Source of the DNA: Nostoc sp. DedSLP01 | GTDB lineage: Bacteria > Cyanobacteriota > Cyanobacteriia > Cyanobacteriales > Nostocaceae | Length of the DNA stretch: 64,000 nt | Direction of reading: 5' to 3' | Assembly (NCBI GenBank): GCA_034530875.2 | Contig: JAVRCJ020000003.1 | Coordinates: forward strand, 160,001-224,000 | Shown: positions 51,176-61,859 of the stretch, one piece after another | Numbering within the stretch: position 1 is the first letter of the stretch | Layout of the letters: every line of letters starts with the position of its first letter | The notes under the pieces: generated by a model | The model's input: the letters and a program-made list of their open reading frames with translations, nothing else | Database searches by the model: none | What the model was told of the DNA's origin: nothing | Made by a program: the position numbers and the translations under genes

Positions 51176-52870
51176 ATGCTGCGACTCGAACATATTAGTA
51201 AAATTTATCCTACAGGCGAAGTTCTCAAAGATATCAACTGGGAAGTTAAACCAGGCGATCGCATTGGCTTAGTCGGTGTCAACGGTGCTGGAAAATCCAC
51301 CCAACTCAAAATCATTACTGGGGAAACTGAACCTAGCTCAGGGGAAATCATTCGTCCTGCCAGCTTACACATAGCTTACCTCAACCAAGAGTTTGAAGTA
51401 GACCCTACACGCACCGTTAGAGAAGAATTTTGGACTGTTTTCAAAGAAGCTAACCAAGTACAATTATCTCTAGCGGAAGTACAACGCGACATGGAAACGG
51501 CTACTCCAGAGGAACTGGATAAGCTAATCAACAAATTGGATCGTTTACAGCGTCAATTTGAAGCTTTGGATGGTTATGGCTTAGACGCACGCATTGGGAA
51601 AATCTTACCAGAAATGGGATTTGGAGTAGAAGATAGCGATCGCCTTGTCAGCGCCTTTAGTGGCGGCTGGCAAATGCGGATGAGTTTGGGTAAAATTCTG
51701 TTGCAAAAACCAGACTTATTACTGCTAGACGAACCAACTAACCATCTGGATTTAGAAACCATTGAGTGGCTGGAAAATTACCTCAAGGGATTAATTACTC
51801 CGATGGTTATAGTCTCCCATGACCGGGAATTTCTTGACCGTCTTTGCACTCAAATTGTAGAAACTGAACGCGGTGTTTCTAATACTTACCTGGGCAATTA
51901 TTCCGCATATTTGCAACAGAAAGCTGAAAATGAATCTGCACAACTTAGTGCTTACGAACGCCAGCAAAAAGAATTAGAAAAACAACAAGTTTTTGTCGAT
52001 AGATTCCGTGCCAGTGCTACTCGTAGTACCCAGGCAAAAAGTCGAGAAAAGCAACTGGAAAAAATCGAGCGCATTGAAGCACCTGTAGCTGGAGTAAGAA
52101 CTTTACACTTCCGCTTTCCTCCTGCACCCCGCAGCGGACGCGAAGTCGTTAATATCAAAGATTTTGCTCATATCTATGATGATAAGATTTTGTTTTTGGG
52201 AGCGAATCTCTTAATTGAAAGAGGCGATCGCATTGCTTTTCTTGGCCCCAACGGCGCTGGAAAATCTACACTTCTGCGCTTAATTATGGGTATGGAATCA
52301 CCCACAGAAGGTACTATTCAATTAGGGGATCATAATGTTATTCCCGGTTACTTTGAGCAAAATCAAGCCGAAGCTTTGGATTTAAATAAAACAGTCATGG
52401 AGACAATCCATGATGAAGTTCCCGATTGGAAAAATGAAGAAGTCCGCACGCTTTTAGGACGATTTTTATTTAGTGGTGACACAGTATTTAAGGCAGTTGG
52501 GGCATTAAGTGGAGGAGAAAAAGCTCGTTTAGCATTAGCAAAAATGCTTTTACGCCCTGCCAACTTATTAATCTTGGATGAGCCTACAAATCACCTAGAT
52601 ATTCCAGCTAAAGAAATGCTGGAAGAAGCACTGCAAAATTATGATGGTACGGCAATTGTTGTATCCCATGACCGCTACTTTATCTCTCAAGTAGCCAACA
52701 AAATTGTCGAAATTCGTGATGGAGAATTCCGGGTTTATTTAGGAGATTATCATTACTATCTCAATAAAATTGCTGAAGAAAAAGAGCAAGCAAGGTTAGC
52801 TGCTATAGAAGCTGAAAAAGCTGCTAAGAAAGCTGCTAAAGCTGCTAAATCTGCGGCAAAACGAAAATAA
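51176..52870 (+). CDS. ABC-F family ATP-binding protein
   Basis: Two ABC domains (GVNGAGKST/FSGGW/LDEPTNHLD; GPNGAGKST/LSGGE/LDEPTNHLD) and no TM segments. Confidence 0.95.
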   Translation: MLRLEHISKIYPTGEVLKDINWEVKPGDRIGLVGVNGAGKSTQLKIITGETEPSSGEIIRPASLHIAYLNQEFEVDPTRTVREEFWTVFKEANQVQLSLAEVQRDMETATPEELDKLINKLDRLQRQFEALDGYGLDARIGKILPEMGFGVEDSDRLVSAFSGGWQMRMSLGKILLQKPDLLLLDEPTNHLDLETIEWLENYLKGLITPMVIVSHDREFLDRLCTQIVETERGVSNTYLGNYSAYLQQKAENESAQLSAYERQQKELEKQQVFVDRFRASATRSTQAKSREKQLEKIERIEAPVAGVRTLHFRFPPAPRSGREVVNIKDFAHIYDDKILFLGANLLIERGDRIAFLGPNGAGKSTLLRLIMGMESPTEGTIQLGDHNVIPGYFEQNQAEALDLNKTVMETIHDEVPDWKNEEVRTLLGRFLFSGDTVFKAVGALSGGEKARLALAKMLLRPANLLILDEPTNHLDIPAKEMLEEALQNYDGTAIVVSHDRYFISQVANKIVEIRDGEFRVYLGDYHYYLNKIAEEKEQARLAAIEAEKAAKKAAKAAKSAAKRK

Positions 52871-53320
52871 AAAACTCGAAAATTCCGTACAGTGAAGTTC
52901 AACAGTTATTATTTGTCGATTATCTGACTTGGCTAACAGCCTCTTTGTTCTACAGTTACCAATCACCAGCTTTACTGATAACTGTTGACTCTTCACTAAT
53001 TTAAGTTTTTAATATACAGCTAATAGCTGTATATTAGATTAATGATGCTAAAGTTAATGCGCCTATGTCATTGGTCATTAGTAATTTTCAAATCACAAAA
53101 GACAAACTCACGAATTAGCAACTTAAATGGATGACACCTTACTAAGTAATCATTGATTATTCAAGATCGAAAACATCATCGAAAAATTACCAATATTTAA
53201 AAAATGTCTCAAAAAGCTGCAAGTAGTTCATAAAACAATTTAATAAGCAGAAATTCACTTGCGGCGGCGATTAGCAATGGTATCATTCGGGTATTACAAA
53301 AAGTAAAGGGCAATTTTACT

Positions 53321-54919
53321 ATGACCAAAGCACCTGTTGCTCCTGTGGTGCTAGTCATTTTAGACGGATGGGGCTACTGCGAGCAAATGCGAGGAAACGC
53401 TATTCTTGCTGCTAAAACTCCGATTGTGGATAGTTTATGGGCAGCTTACCCGCATACCCTCATCCACACATCAGGAAAAGCCGTAGGGTTGCCAGATGGT
53501 CAGATGGGCAACTCAGAAGTTGGCCATTTGAACATTGGTGCTGGGCGAGTGGTACCGCAAGAACTAGTACGCATTTCCGATGCCGTCGAAGATGGTTCTA
53601 TTAAATCAAACCCAGCACTTGTCAAAATTTGCCAGGAAGTTCGCTCTCAAAATGGCAAGCTACATCTAATAGGGCTTTGTTCTGAGGGAGGGGTACATTC
53701 CCATATTACCCATCTATTTGGACTACTTGACTTAGCTAAAGACCAGCGGATTTCAGAAGTTTGTATCCACGCGATTACTGATGGTCGTGACACCGCCCCA
53801 ACGGACGGCGTAAAAGCGATCGCCGAGCTGGAAGATTATGTAGACCGCATCGGAATTGGGCGCATAGTCACCCTCAGCGGTCGCTACTACGCGATGGATC
53901 GCGATCGCCGCTGGGATCGCGTAAAACTTGCTTACGATATCATGACACAAGATGGTGCGGGTGATGGTCGCAAAGCTGTGGAAGTTGTGCAAGCATCTTA
54001 CGCCGAAGGAGTAAAAGACGAGTTTATTAACCCGACTAGAATTGCTCCCGGTGCGATAGAACCAGGCGATGGAGTCATATTTTTCAACTTCCGTCCTGAC
54101 CGCGCTAGACAACTAACTCAAGCCTTTGTCAGTCCTGAATTTACAGGTTTTGAAAGGCAGCAAATTACACCATTGTCATTTGTAACGTTTACCCAGTACG
54201 ACCCAGATTTACCAGTTGCTGTAGCTTTTGAGCCGCAAAATCTCAATAATATTCTGGGACAAGTGATAGCCGATCGCAATCTCAAGCAATTCCGTACTGC
54301 CGAAACAGAAAAATACGCCCACGTCACGTACTTCTTTAATGGAGGTTTTGAGGAACCTTTTCCTGGAGAAGACCGAGAATTAGTCAGCAGCCCAATGGTA
54401 GCGACTTACGACCACGCCCCAGCCATGTCAGCAACAGCAGTTACAGACGTAGCGATCGCTGCCATTGAAAAGGGTATATATTCTTTAGTTGTGATTAATT
54501 ATGCCAACCCAGACATGGTAGGGCATACCGGTCAGATCGAAGCCACCATTACAGCCATTGAAACAGTAGATCGCTGTTTGGGACGGTTATTAGAGAGCGT
54601 TATTAAAGCCGGCGGCACAACAATTATTACTGCCGATCATGGCAACGCTGAGTATATGCTAGATGAAGAGGGTAATCCCTGGACAGCTCACACAACTAAT
54701 CCAGTCCCCTTTATCCTCGTGGAAGGAGAAAAAGTCAAAATCCCTGGATATGGTACAAATGTCGAACTGCGAAGCGATGGCAAGCTAGCCGACATCGCCC
54801 CCACCATTCTAGAGATTTTACAGCTGCCTCAACCACCAGAAATGACAGGGCGATCGCTGCTAAAAACAGCAGAATATGACCTGCAACGCCCTCGCACCCC
54901 CGTACAAGTAGGCTTGTAA
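53321..54919 (+). CDS. gpmI: 2,3-bisphosphoglycerate-independent phosphoglycerate mutase
   Basis: LVILDGWG; GQMGNSEVGH; NPDMVGHTG; TADHGNAE. Confidence 0.98.
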   Translation: MTKAPVAPVVLVILDGWGYCEQMRGNAILAAKTPIVDSLWAAYPHTLIHTSGKAVGLPDGQMGNSEVGHLNIGAGRVVPQELVRISDAVEDGSIKSNPALVKICQEVRSQNGKLHLIGLCSEGGVHSHITHLFGLLDLAKDQRISEVCIHAITDGRDTAPTDGVKAIAELEDYVDRIGIGRIVTLSGRYYAMDRDRRWDRVKLAYDIMTQDGAGDGRKAVEVVQASYAEGVKDEFINPTRIAPGAIEPGDGVIFFNFRPDRARQLTQAFVSPEFTGFERQQITPLSFVTFTQYDPDLPVAVAFEPQNLNNILGQVIADRNLKQFRTAETEKYAHVTYFFNGGFEEPFPGEDRELVSSPMVATYDHAPAMSATAVTDVAIAAIEKGIYSLVVINYANPDMVGHTGQIEATITAIETVDRCLGRLLESVIKAGGTTIITADHGNAEYMLDEEGNPWTAHTTNPVPFILVEGEKVKIPGYGTNVELRSDGKLADIAPTILEILQLPQPPEMTGRSLLKTAEYDLQRPRTPVQVGL

Positions 54920-54982
54920 AAAAGTTAGGAGTGAAAAGTTAAGAGTGAGGAGTTAATAATTAAGATTGAGCAATTAAAATTT

Positions 54983-55031
54983 TCCTAACTCCTAACTCCT
55001 AACTCCTAACTCCTAACTCCTAACTCCTAAC
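54983..55031. repeat. 7 x TCCTAAC perfect heptamer repeat
   Basis: Direct count; complementary GTTAGGA-like units at 54924-54955 allow a hairpin. Confidence 0.92.
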
Positions 55032-55070
55032 TCCTCTTTTTTAAAACTTGTTATAAACGAGATTGCTACC

Positions 55071-55304
55071 ATGACAGTTACTAATATCGTGCAAGGCATT
55101 TGGGCCTTTTCTGCCGTTGGTCTAATTATCTTAGTTTTGCTGCATAGCCCCAAAGGTGATGGTATTGGAGCCATTGGTGGACAAGCTCAGCTATTTAGCA
55201 GTACCAAAAGTGCAGAAAACACCTTAAATCGAGTTACTTGGGCTTTAACAGCCATTTTTCTTGGTCTAACAATAGTTTTAAGTGCCGGTTGGTTGCCTAA
55301 ATAA
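55071..55304 (+). CDS. secG: Preprotein translocase subunit SecG
   Basis: LVLLHSPKGDG; AENTLNRVTW. Confidence 0.96.
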   Translation: MTVTNIVQGIWAFSAVGLIILVLLHSPKGDGIGAIGGQAQLFSSTKSAENTLNRVTWALTAIFLGLTIVLSAGWLPK

Positions 55305-55322
55305 AGATGGGGCGAAGGGTAG

Positions 55323-56144
55323 ATGAGGAATAAAACGCAATACCCAATACCTAAAACCCCGAAAAATTTAATTAGACGGCGATTATTAGCAGCTCTTGCC
55401 TTAATTATTGGCACAGGGCTGCTACTTATTTTTACTAATGGGGTATGGGGCATTGGGGAAGCAGGGAGTGTGGGAGGTGTGGGAGGTGTGGGAGGATGGG
55501 GGGAAAGAAGAATTACTTTGTCCTCGACTCCTTTATTTTCCTCATCTATAGCAAAACCTCATCCCTTGCCGCCCACACTCGCACAGTGGCAAGATAAAAC
55601 CAACAGTGGCGACTACTTTTCCCAAGTTACAACAACTCAAGTTGGTTATTTAGTGTGGTCACAATTTCCGATTAAAATTTACGTAGAAAAGCCAAAAGCT
55701 GTTAGCGAACAACAAGCTCAAACATGGGTTAACAGTGTTTTACAGGCTGTGCAGGAATGGAATACTTATTTGCCTTTGACAGTAGTCCAACAGCCAGAAG
55801 TTGCTGATATTAAAATTATGCGGAAAGCCCCACCTCTACAAATTTCTCCAGGTAGTAGTATACCCCGTGCGCGATCGGCACAAACGACTTACGAGTTATA
55901 CGCTAACAATAAAGTTTTATCTCACCGCTTTACCATCTTACTAAGTCCCAGCCAAACGGGTGAGTATATCCAAGCAGCAGCCCGCCATGAATTGGGGCAC
56001 GCTTTAGGAATTTGGGGTCACAGTCCGCTACAAACTGATGCTTTATACTTTTCCCAAGTTCGTAAACCTTCGCCTATTTCTGTTAGGGATGTCAATACTT
56101 TGAAGCGGGTTTATGAACAGCCAACTGCTTTGGGTTGGCCTTGA
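55323..56144 (+). CDS. Matrixin-like zinc metallopeptidase
   Basis: HELGHALGIWGH (HExxHxxGxxH); N-terminal TM helix. Confidence 0.88.
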   Translation: MRNKTQYPIPKTPKNLIRRRLLAALALIIGTGLLLIFTNGVWGIGEAGSVGGVGGVGGWGERRITLSSTPLFSSSIAKPHPLPPTLAQWQDKTNSGDYFSQVTTTQVGYLVWSQFPIKIYVEKPKAVSEQQAQTWVNSVLQAVQEWNTYLPLTVVQQPEVADIKIMRKAPPLQISPGSSIPRARSAQTTYELYANNKVLSHRFTILLSPSQTGEYIQAAARHELGHALGIWGHSPLQTDALYFSQVRKPSPISVRDVNTLKRVYEQPTALGWP

Positions 56145-56195
56145 GTCGATAATTGAAAGATAAATTTTTTCCTGCAAATAATCATATATGTAGGT

Positions 56196-56634
56196 TTAAG
56201 GTAACCAATTTTTATCCAAAATTTGCTCCAAGGTATATGGACATAATTCAGGTAAATTGGTTACTTTGTTTTAGCCTTAACATAATCTAAGGCATGACTG
56301 TAAATTTTGTTGAAATTATCCTCTAAATGGTTGCGTAAATTGGCAGTTAAATATTCTTTGATTTGATTACAAAAACTAATAATTTCAGATGTCCAATGGT
56401 TAGCATTTATTGGCTTTTCTAAATCCCAATATTAATTAAGTATAAATGTCTGATAATCTATTCCAACAGACTTCTAACTCGCCTTTTCTCGTTTTTCGCC
56501 AAATCTTCCAGTTCTTCTATTAAGTTTTCATAGTCAATCTCTTCTAATTGCCTAGCTTTAAGACATTTAATAGTCTGCTCTAACTATTGTAGGTAATTAG
56601 ATTCATATAATTCTGGAGTCAGTCAAACAGTCAC
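56196..56634 (-). pseudogene. DUF29 family pseudogene (not in ORF track)
   Basis: Manual translation LYESNYLQ*LEQTIKCLKARQLEEIDYENLIEELEDLAKNEKRRVRSLLE*IIRHL, then frameshifted NHWTSEIISF...TANLRNHL and LPELCPYTLEQILDKNWLP*. Confidence 0.85.
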
Positions 56635-56757
56635 AACTTCACTTTGAGACATCAAGAACTTTTCTTCAATCGTTGATTCTAGCTTTGTGTATATGATGTA
56701 CACAAGGGAATAGTGATGAAAAAAAGGTGTATCCATAGAGAGTAAAAAGTTAAAAAT

Positions 56758-56786
56758 GCGTAGGCGCAGCCCGCCGTAAGGATCGC
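56758..56786 (+). mobile_element. 21-nt SDR5-like element inserted into a HIP1 site
   Basis: GCG-[TAGGCGCAGCCCGCCGTAAGG]-ATCGC; removing the 21 nt restores GCGATCGC. Confidence 0.8.
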
Positions 56787-56801
56787 ATTTTTTCCTTTTT
56801 A

Positions 56802-57950
56802 TTACGCTCTACGACTAAGCGGTAAAGGTTGCTGTGTTAAAACTTCTTTATAAAGTTCTTCCAACAGAGTCACATTCTTACTGAGGGTATAGCGGTCTAA
56901 TACACGCTGTCTAGCTTTTTGCCCCAATAATGTAGTTAATTCTGGATGGTCTTGTAAAACTGGTAAGAGAGTCCGCAATTGCGATCGCACTGTTTTGGTA
57001 TTAATAACTATACCTGCTCCCTTTTCTAACACTTCTCCATCTGCACCAACATCTGTAGCCAAACAAGCTATCCCAGATGCCATTCCTTCTAACAAAGACA
57101 AAGATAGCCCTTCTACTAATGAAGGCAAAATAAATACATCTGCGCCCCGCAAAATTTCAATACGCCGATCTTCATCAGCAACAAATCCTAACCAAATAAT
57201 GCCGTATTCCCAACCATAAAAAGGCTCTAATGAAGACTTTAAAGGACCATCGCCAACAATCAAAAGCTTGCTACTAGCATTCATTGGTGATTGTTTCCAA
57301 GCTCTGAGCAAAGCTTCGACATTTTTCTCTGGTGCGATGCGACCTTGATAAACGAACAAGCGTTCGGCTTGAAATTCTGTTTTGACTTGAGAATAGCCTG
57401 GAGAATACTTGATGGTATCGACACCATTGGGAATGATTGCAATATTTTCTTCCCTTACACCCATACGTGCCAATAATTCCCGTTGAATTTGGGAAAATAC
57501 AATCACGCGATCGTAGTTAACCAAAAAAGGCGCGTAGAGTTGATAAGCCAAAAGCTGTGTCCCTGAGATTAATTTTGCTCCTTTACCAGCAAAAGGCGTA
57601 TGAAAAGTAGCAATTAAAGGTAACCCCAGTTCCTCACAAATTTCTGGTAGAACAAAGTCCAGCGGAGATAAAGTTAAGGAAGCATGAACAACATCTGGCT
57701 TAATTTCTCGCAGCGACTCAGTTAAAACTTTGGTCGCTTTCAAAGTAGGAATTGTGTATACCTGAGATTTGTAAATAAAAGGTAGGGGAACCTCTTGGAG
57801 ATTTGGCCAATTATTTGGTTCTGATTCTTCTTGAGCAAAGTGAAGAAAGCTAACTTTATGTCCCCTATCTAGCAAGGCATTTGTAATTTCTCGACTGTAG
57901 GTGACATTACCGCAAAAGGGCGATTTTTTTCCAATCCAGGCTATACGCAT
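56802..57950 (-). CDS. Glycosyltransferase family 4
   Basis: IPNGVD; GRIAPEKN; FILPSLVEGLSLSLLEGMASG. Confidence 0.95.
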   Translation of the reverse strand: MRIAWIGKKSPFCGNVTYSREITNALLDRGHKVSFLHFAQEESEPNNWPNLQEVPLPFIYKSQVYTIPTLKATKVLTESLREIKPDVVHASLTLSPLDFVLPEICEELGLPLIATFHTPFAGKGAKLISGTQLLAYQLYAPFLVNYDRVIVFSQIQRELLARMGVREENIAIIPNGVDTIKYSPGYSQVKTEFQAERLFVYQGRIAPEKNVEALLRAWKQSPMNASSKLLIVGDGPLKSSLEPFYGWEYGIIWLGFVADEDRRIEILRGADVFILPSLVEGLSLSLLEGMASGIACLATDVGADGEVLEKGAGIVINTKTVRSQLRTLLPVLQDHPELTTLLGQKARQRVLDRYTLSKNVTLLEELYKEVLTQQPLPLSRRA

Positions 57951-58296
57951 TCTTTATTTAGCTGTAAGAAAAGCGGGTTTAATGTATTAATTTAGCGTCC
58001 TTTGTTACTTTTATCGTTGTATACTTGCTGAATTTTTATTTATTAAAAATATGTGCCAAAAATTAGTTTAAAAAGCTAATTTTTAGCTAATTAAACTGGT
58101 AAATTGATGGCTTTACTGATTATACTTATAAGTTGCCAATCTCTTAATATTTAAACAACTTATTCCGAACAATGTCAGATTGATATCCAGCAAGTATGCG
58201 ATAAATTTTGACTGGCCTTAGTTTACCACGAATATGAATGTTTTCAGTAAATTAGTAATTACTTCAAGGTAATGAATAATAACTCCTTGTTGATAA

Positions 58297-59952
58297 TTAC
58301 TGATGCGAACTATACCAGGTTAATATTCCTCCCGAAAAGGCGATCGCTGCTAATCCCAAAAAAACTGTCTGTAGCCCTACAAAAGTTTCTGCTATACCAG
58401 CTAATGCCAAAGGTAAAGACAAAGCAATATTAATTACATTGTTCTGTAGACCAAAAACTTTACCACGCATTTCTGGAGGTGTTTCTGTTTGAATCGCAGT
58501 TTGCATCGGAATGCCTACTAGTGAGCCAAAGATACCTAATAAGGTAATCAGTAATAAAACCAACCACAAATGTGTTGTAAATAGCGAAATACCAATTAAC
58601 GATGCTGCCATACCTAAACAACCGCACAGACTAAGCTGGGTATAAGAGAAGCGTTGACCAAATTGACCGAGAATTGTTGCTCCGGCTGCAATGCCAACAC
58701 CACCTGCTGCGAGTAAAAAGCCAAATTGAGAGGCTTTCATATTAGGAATTATTTCAGCCATCCGAACAGCTAAAACAGTTAACGCTGCAAAGACAGAAAA
58801 CAAGATAATTAGCTGGAGTAAAGCATTACGGACTCGATGATTGTCTTTGAGGTAGGAGAAACCATCCCGCAAATCAGAAAATACGTGAGGGAATTCTGTT
58901 TCGGGTGCGTGGGGTTTTTCGTTAGTTCTTAAGAGGAACAAAATGATTCCAGCGATCGCATAACTCCCACCAACTAAAAGTTCTTTGCCCAAACCATTAC
59001 TACCACTAAATTGCAACCAAAGTCCATCAGCGATCGCTAATAACGGTTCCCCAACGGCAAACCCAATAATTACTGATGCCATCATCGTCGTTGTATAAAG
59101 GGAATTCGCTGAGAGCAAATGCTGTTCTTCTACTATTAAAGGAATTGCTGCCTGTTCTGCTGGGGCAAAAAACTGCGTCAGTGTGGAAACTAAAAAAGTC
59201 ACGCCTAGAATAATTAAAAATCCTACTGGCAAAACTCCTATGGGTTGCCAATCATGAGTTAACCACAAAAGAAAAGGAATTGACAAAACCAAGATACCGC
59301 GCCAAACATTCGTCGCCACCAGTACAGCCTTTTTCGACCAGCGGTCTACAAATACGCCAGCAACGGAACCAAATAATACTGCTGGGATTGTAAAAGACAT
59401 CATCAAGGCTGATACCCATCCACTAATACTTTGATTTCCACCTTGAAACTGAGTATTAATCAAAGCAATCATCAGTACCAAATAAACTTTATCTGCTAGT
59501 TGGCAGAAAACTTGACCGCCCCAAAGAGCCAGGAAATTAAAGTTTCTTAATACTGGTAAAAAACCCCGCTGTTTTACATCTTCTGAACCAGCTTCATCCA
59601 AATTTGCTGCTTCTGTTTCTGGAATAGTTGTTACTGGCAAATTCTTCCCATTGCGGAGTTCTAACCCGTCACAGGCATCGTTATTTTTATCTGCCTCGCC
59701 GGTTAATGGTTCTTTTGGCGTTTCTGATTGATTTGGAACATTAGTTTTTGGTACTTCTTGTGTCCAATTGCGATCGCTTTTTGAAACGTCTTTTGGAGAC
59801 ATTTCTTGGCCATCAATTTGATGAGGTGTAGGCTTAGGGACAGCACTTAGGTGATTAGTTACTGTACGCTCTGATGCCCTATTATTTTTGTTGACGAGGC
59901 TTGGTGATAAAGGCAGGATTTTTTTATTATCCAAATCAGACGATTGCATCAT
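58297..59952 (-). CDS. MFS transporter with disordered N-terminal extension
   Basis: [20 protein letters not shown] and MRGKVFG; about 12 TM helices; start uncertain (59952/59949). Confidence 0.9.
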   Translation of the reverse strand: MMQSSDLDNKKILPLSPSLVNKNNRASERTVTNHLSAVPKPTPHQIDGQEMSPKDVSKSDRNWTQEVPKTNVPNQSETPKEPLTGEADKNNDACDGLELRNGKNLPVTTIPETEAANLDEAGSEDVKQRGFLPVLRNFNFLALWGGQVFCQLADKVYLVLMIALINTQFQGGNQSISGWVSALMMSFTIPAVLFGSVAGVFVDRWSKKAVLVATNVWRGILVLSIPFLLWLTHDWQPIGVLPVGFLIILGVTFLVSTLTQFFAPAEQAAIPLIVEEQHLLSANSLYTTTMMASVIIGFAVGEPLLAIADGLWLQFSGSNGLGKELLVGGSYAIAGIILFLLRTNEKPHAPETEFPHVFSDLRDGFSYLKDNHRVRNALLQLIILFSVFAALTVLAVRMAEIIPNMKASQFGFLLAAGGVGIAAGATILGQFGQRFSYTQLSLCGCLGMAASLIGISLFTTHLWLVLLLITLLGIFGSLVGIPMQTAIQTETPPEMRGKVFGLQNNVINIALSLPLALAGIAETFVGLQTVFLGLAAIAFSGGILTWYSSHQ

Positions 59953-60922
59953 GGTTGGCAGCAAAATAAGAGTCAATCAAAGTAGCAGAGCGAATAGGGC
60001 GGCCTAATTGATACTGAGCATACTGGCGTAAAATCTGCTCAACAGATAACCAGTTCAGATCTCTAGCACCATCAATTTGTACGATTTCTGGTTGCGATAG
60101 ATGTTGCAGCACAGCTAGTTCCATTGCACCAGGACGACTATAAATCACAGGTATTTCTTGCCGATGGACAACAACTGTTGGGGCATCGGGCATTGGGGAT
60201 TGGACATTGGGAGTGTTGATTAGAGTAGAGACGCGATTCATCGCGTCTGTAGAAGAGTGAGGAGTTACTATTTTCCCCTCTGCCCCTCTGCCCCTTTGCC
60301 CCTCTGCCCCTCTGCTCGTTATCTCCCCTTCTCTTCGCAAACTTTCCCAAGCTTCTAAACAAACCGTTCCACCCGCAGGGATACTAAATCCTACCTGCCA
60401 GTTGGGGTCTGTAAAGTCTGGCGTCAGGGGTCGTCCAGACAAGCAACAAATTTGCACTTGCGGCGTCAGTCCTGCTAAAGCTAAAAGGTGAAATACTCCG
60501 TGAGCCAAATGAGCCAAAACACCAGATGTATTTCCGCTGGGTAATACCTCCAATCTATGGAGATGTTCGTTGAATAATTCATAAAGTTCTTCTTGGGGTT
60601 GTTCGCTCAAAGCCTGACACAGTACTATTTCTGCTAAATACTGACCAGCAGCCAACTTCCCCAAATCTTTAGCTAGACCTGGATAAGCTTTTAACGTTTG
60701 TGCTTGAGTAATTTTATCGAGCGATCGCCCTTTAGCAATCAATAACTCATTAACAACGAACATAGCGCTTCTGCCGCCCAAACTAGAGTTGTGCTTGCGC
60801 GCCCCTGGAGCCACTGCTCGAATTAAACCGAATTCTGGTGTCAAAATTGTCACAATTTTATCTGACTCTCCAAGGGCCTGGGTTTTAAGATTAATTCCGG
60901 TTGCTTTATAGGTTCTACTCAT
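59936..60922 (-). CDS. recO: DNA repair protein RecO (with repeat-derived insertion)
   Basis: [26 protein letters not shown]; conserved deoC-recO-MFS-GT order. Confidence 0.95.
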   Translation of the reverse strand: MSRTYKATGINLKTQALGESDKIVTILTPEFGLIRAVAPGARKHNSSLGGRSAMFVVNELLIAKGRSLDKITQAQTLKAYPGLAKDLGKLAAGQYLAEIVLCQALSEQPQEELYELFNEHLHRLEVLPSGNTSGVLAHLAHGVFHLLALAGLTPQVQICCLSGRPLTPDFTDPNWQVGFSIPAGGTVCLEAWESLRREGEITSRGAEGQRGRGAEGKIVTPHSSTDAMNRVSTLINTPNVQSPMPDAPTVVVHRQEIPVIYSRPGAMELAVLQHLSQPEIVQIDGARDLNWLSVEQILRQYAQYQLGRPIRSATLIDSYFAANHDAIV

Positions 60923-61008
60923 TAGTCATTAGTCATTAGTCATTGGTTATTGGTCATTTTCATTGGTCATTAGTAAACAACAAAGGACAAATGACGAAAG
61001 ACAAATGA

Positions 61009-61689
61009 CTACTCACCCTTTTCCAGGTTATCGCGCTGGCGGATCAAATCGATACCGCGAGATGTGCCTAATCTAGTAGCACCCGCTAAGATTAAATCTA
61101 GAGCTTGATTGATAGTACGGATACCACCTGAGGCTTTAATTCCGACTCTTTCTTTTGCTAATTCCTTCAAAAGTTGTACATCTGCTACTGTCGCACCACC
61201 ATTCCAACCAGTACTGGTTTTTAAGAAACTTGCTCCCGCATCCATAGAGATTTCAGCAGCTATTTTTTTCTCTGCATCTGTCAGTAGATTGGTTTCCAGA
61301 ATTACCTTCACTGTTTGTCCAGTCTCCTCGCAAATTTCAGCAATCTCGCGATGAACTTGTTCTGTTTTGCCAGCTTTTAACCAGCCCAAGTTGATTACCA
61401 CATCCAACTCAGTAGCTCCATTTTCTACTGCTTCTTGAGCCTCATACAACTTGGCTGCTGAAGTCGTCGCACCAGCAGGAAAGCCAATCACCGTACAGAC
61501 TTTCGGATTCTTACCGTGAAGGAGTTCAACTGCTTGCTTGACATAAGCAGGGTACAGGCAAACCGCAGCAAAATTGAATCTGTATGCTTCTTCACACCAT
61601 TGTTCAACTTGCTCTGGAGTAGCTGTTGGCGTTAACAGGGCGTGATCGATAAATGGCGCAATATCAATATCTGGATAGTCTGCTGCCAT
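61009..61689 (-). CDS. deoC: Deoxyribose-phosphate aldolase
   Basis: [34 protein letters not shown] and RLGTS. Confidence 0.97.
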   Translation of the reverse strand: MAADYPDIDIAPFIDHALLTPTATPEQVEQWCEEAYRFNFAAVCLYPAYVKQAVELLHGKNPKVCTVIGFPAGATTSAAKLYEAQEAVENGATELDVVINLGWLKAGKTEQVHREIAEICEETGQTVKVILETNLLTDAEKKIAAEISMDAGASFLKTSTGWNGGATVADVQLLKELAKERVGIKASGGIRTINQALDLILAGATRLGTSRGIDLIRQRDNLEKGE

Positions 61690-61859
61690 CGTGTCTTCTG
61701 CCAGTGATTGATTATTAAAGTTTATAAAAAATTAAAACATTTCTTATATATATATTAAACCACATTTATTACGAGTTTATTCTGAAAATAAGCTACTGAA
61801 CAATACGCGGTGTCAGCTTTGCAGATCTCCTAAAATTAATGTGAGTATTTAACTTGACA

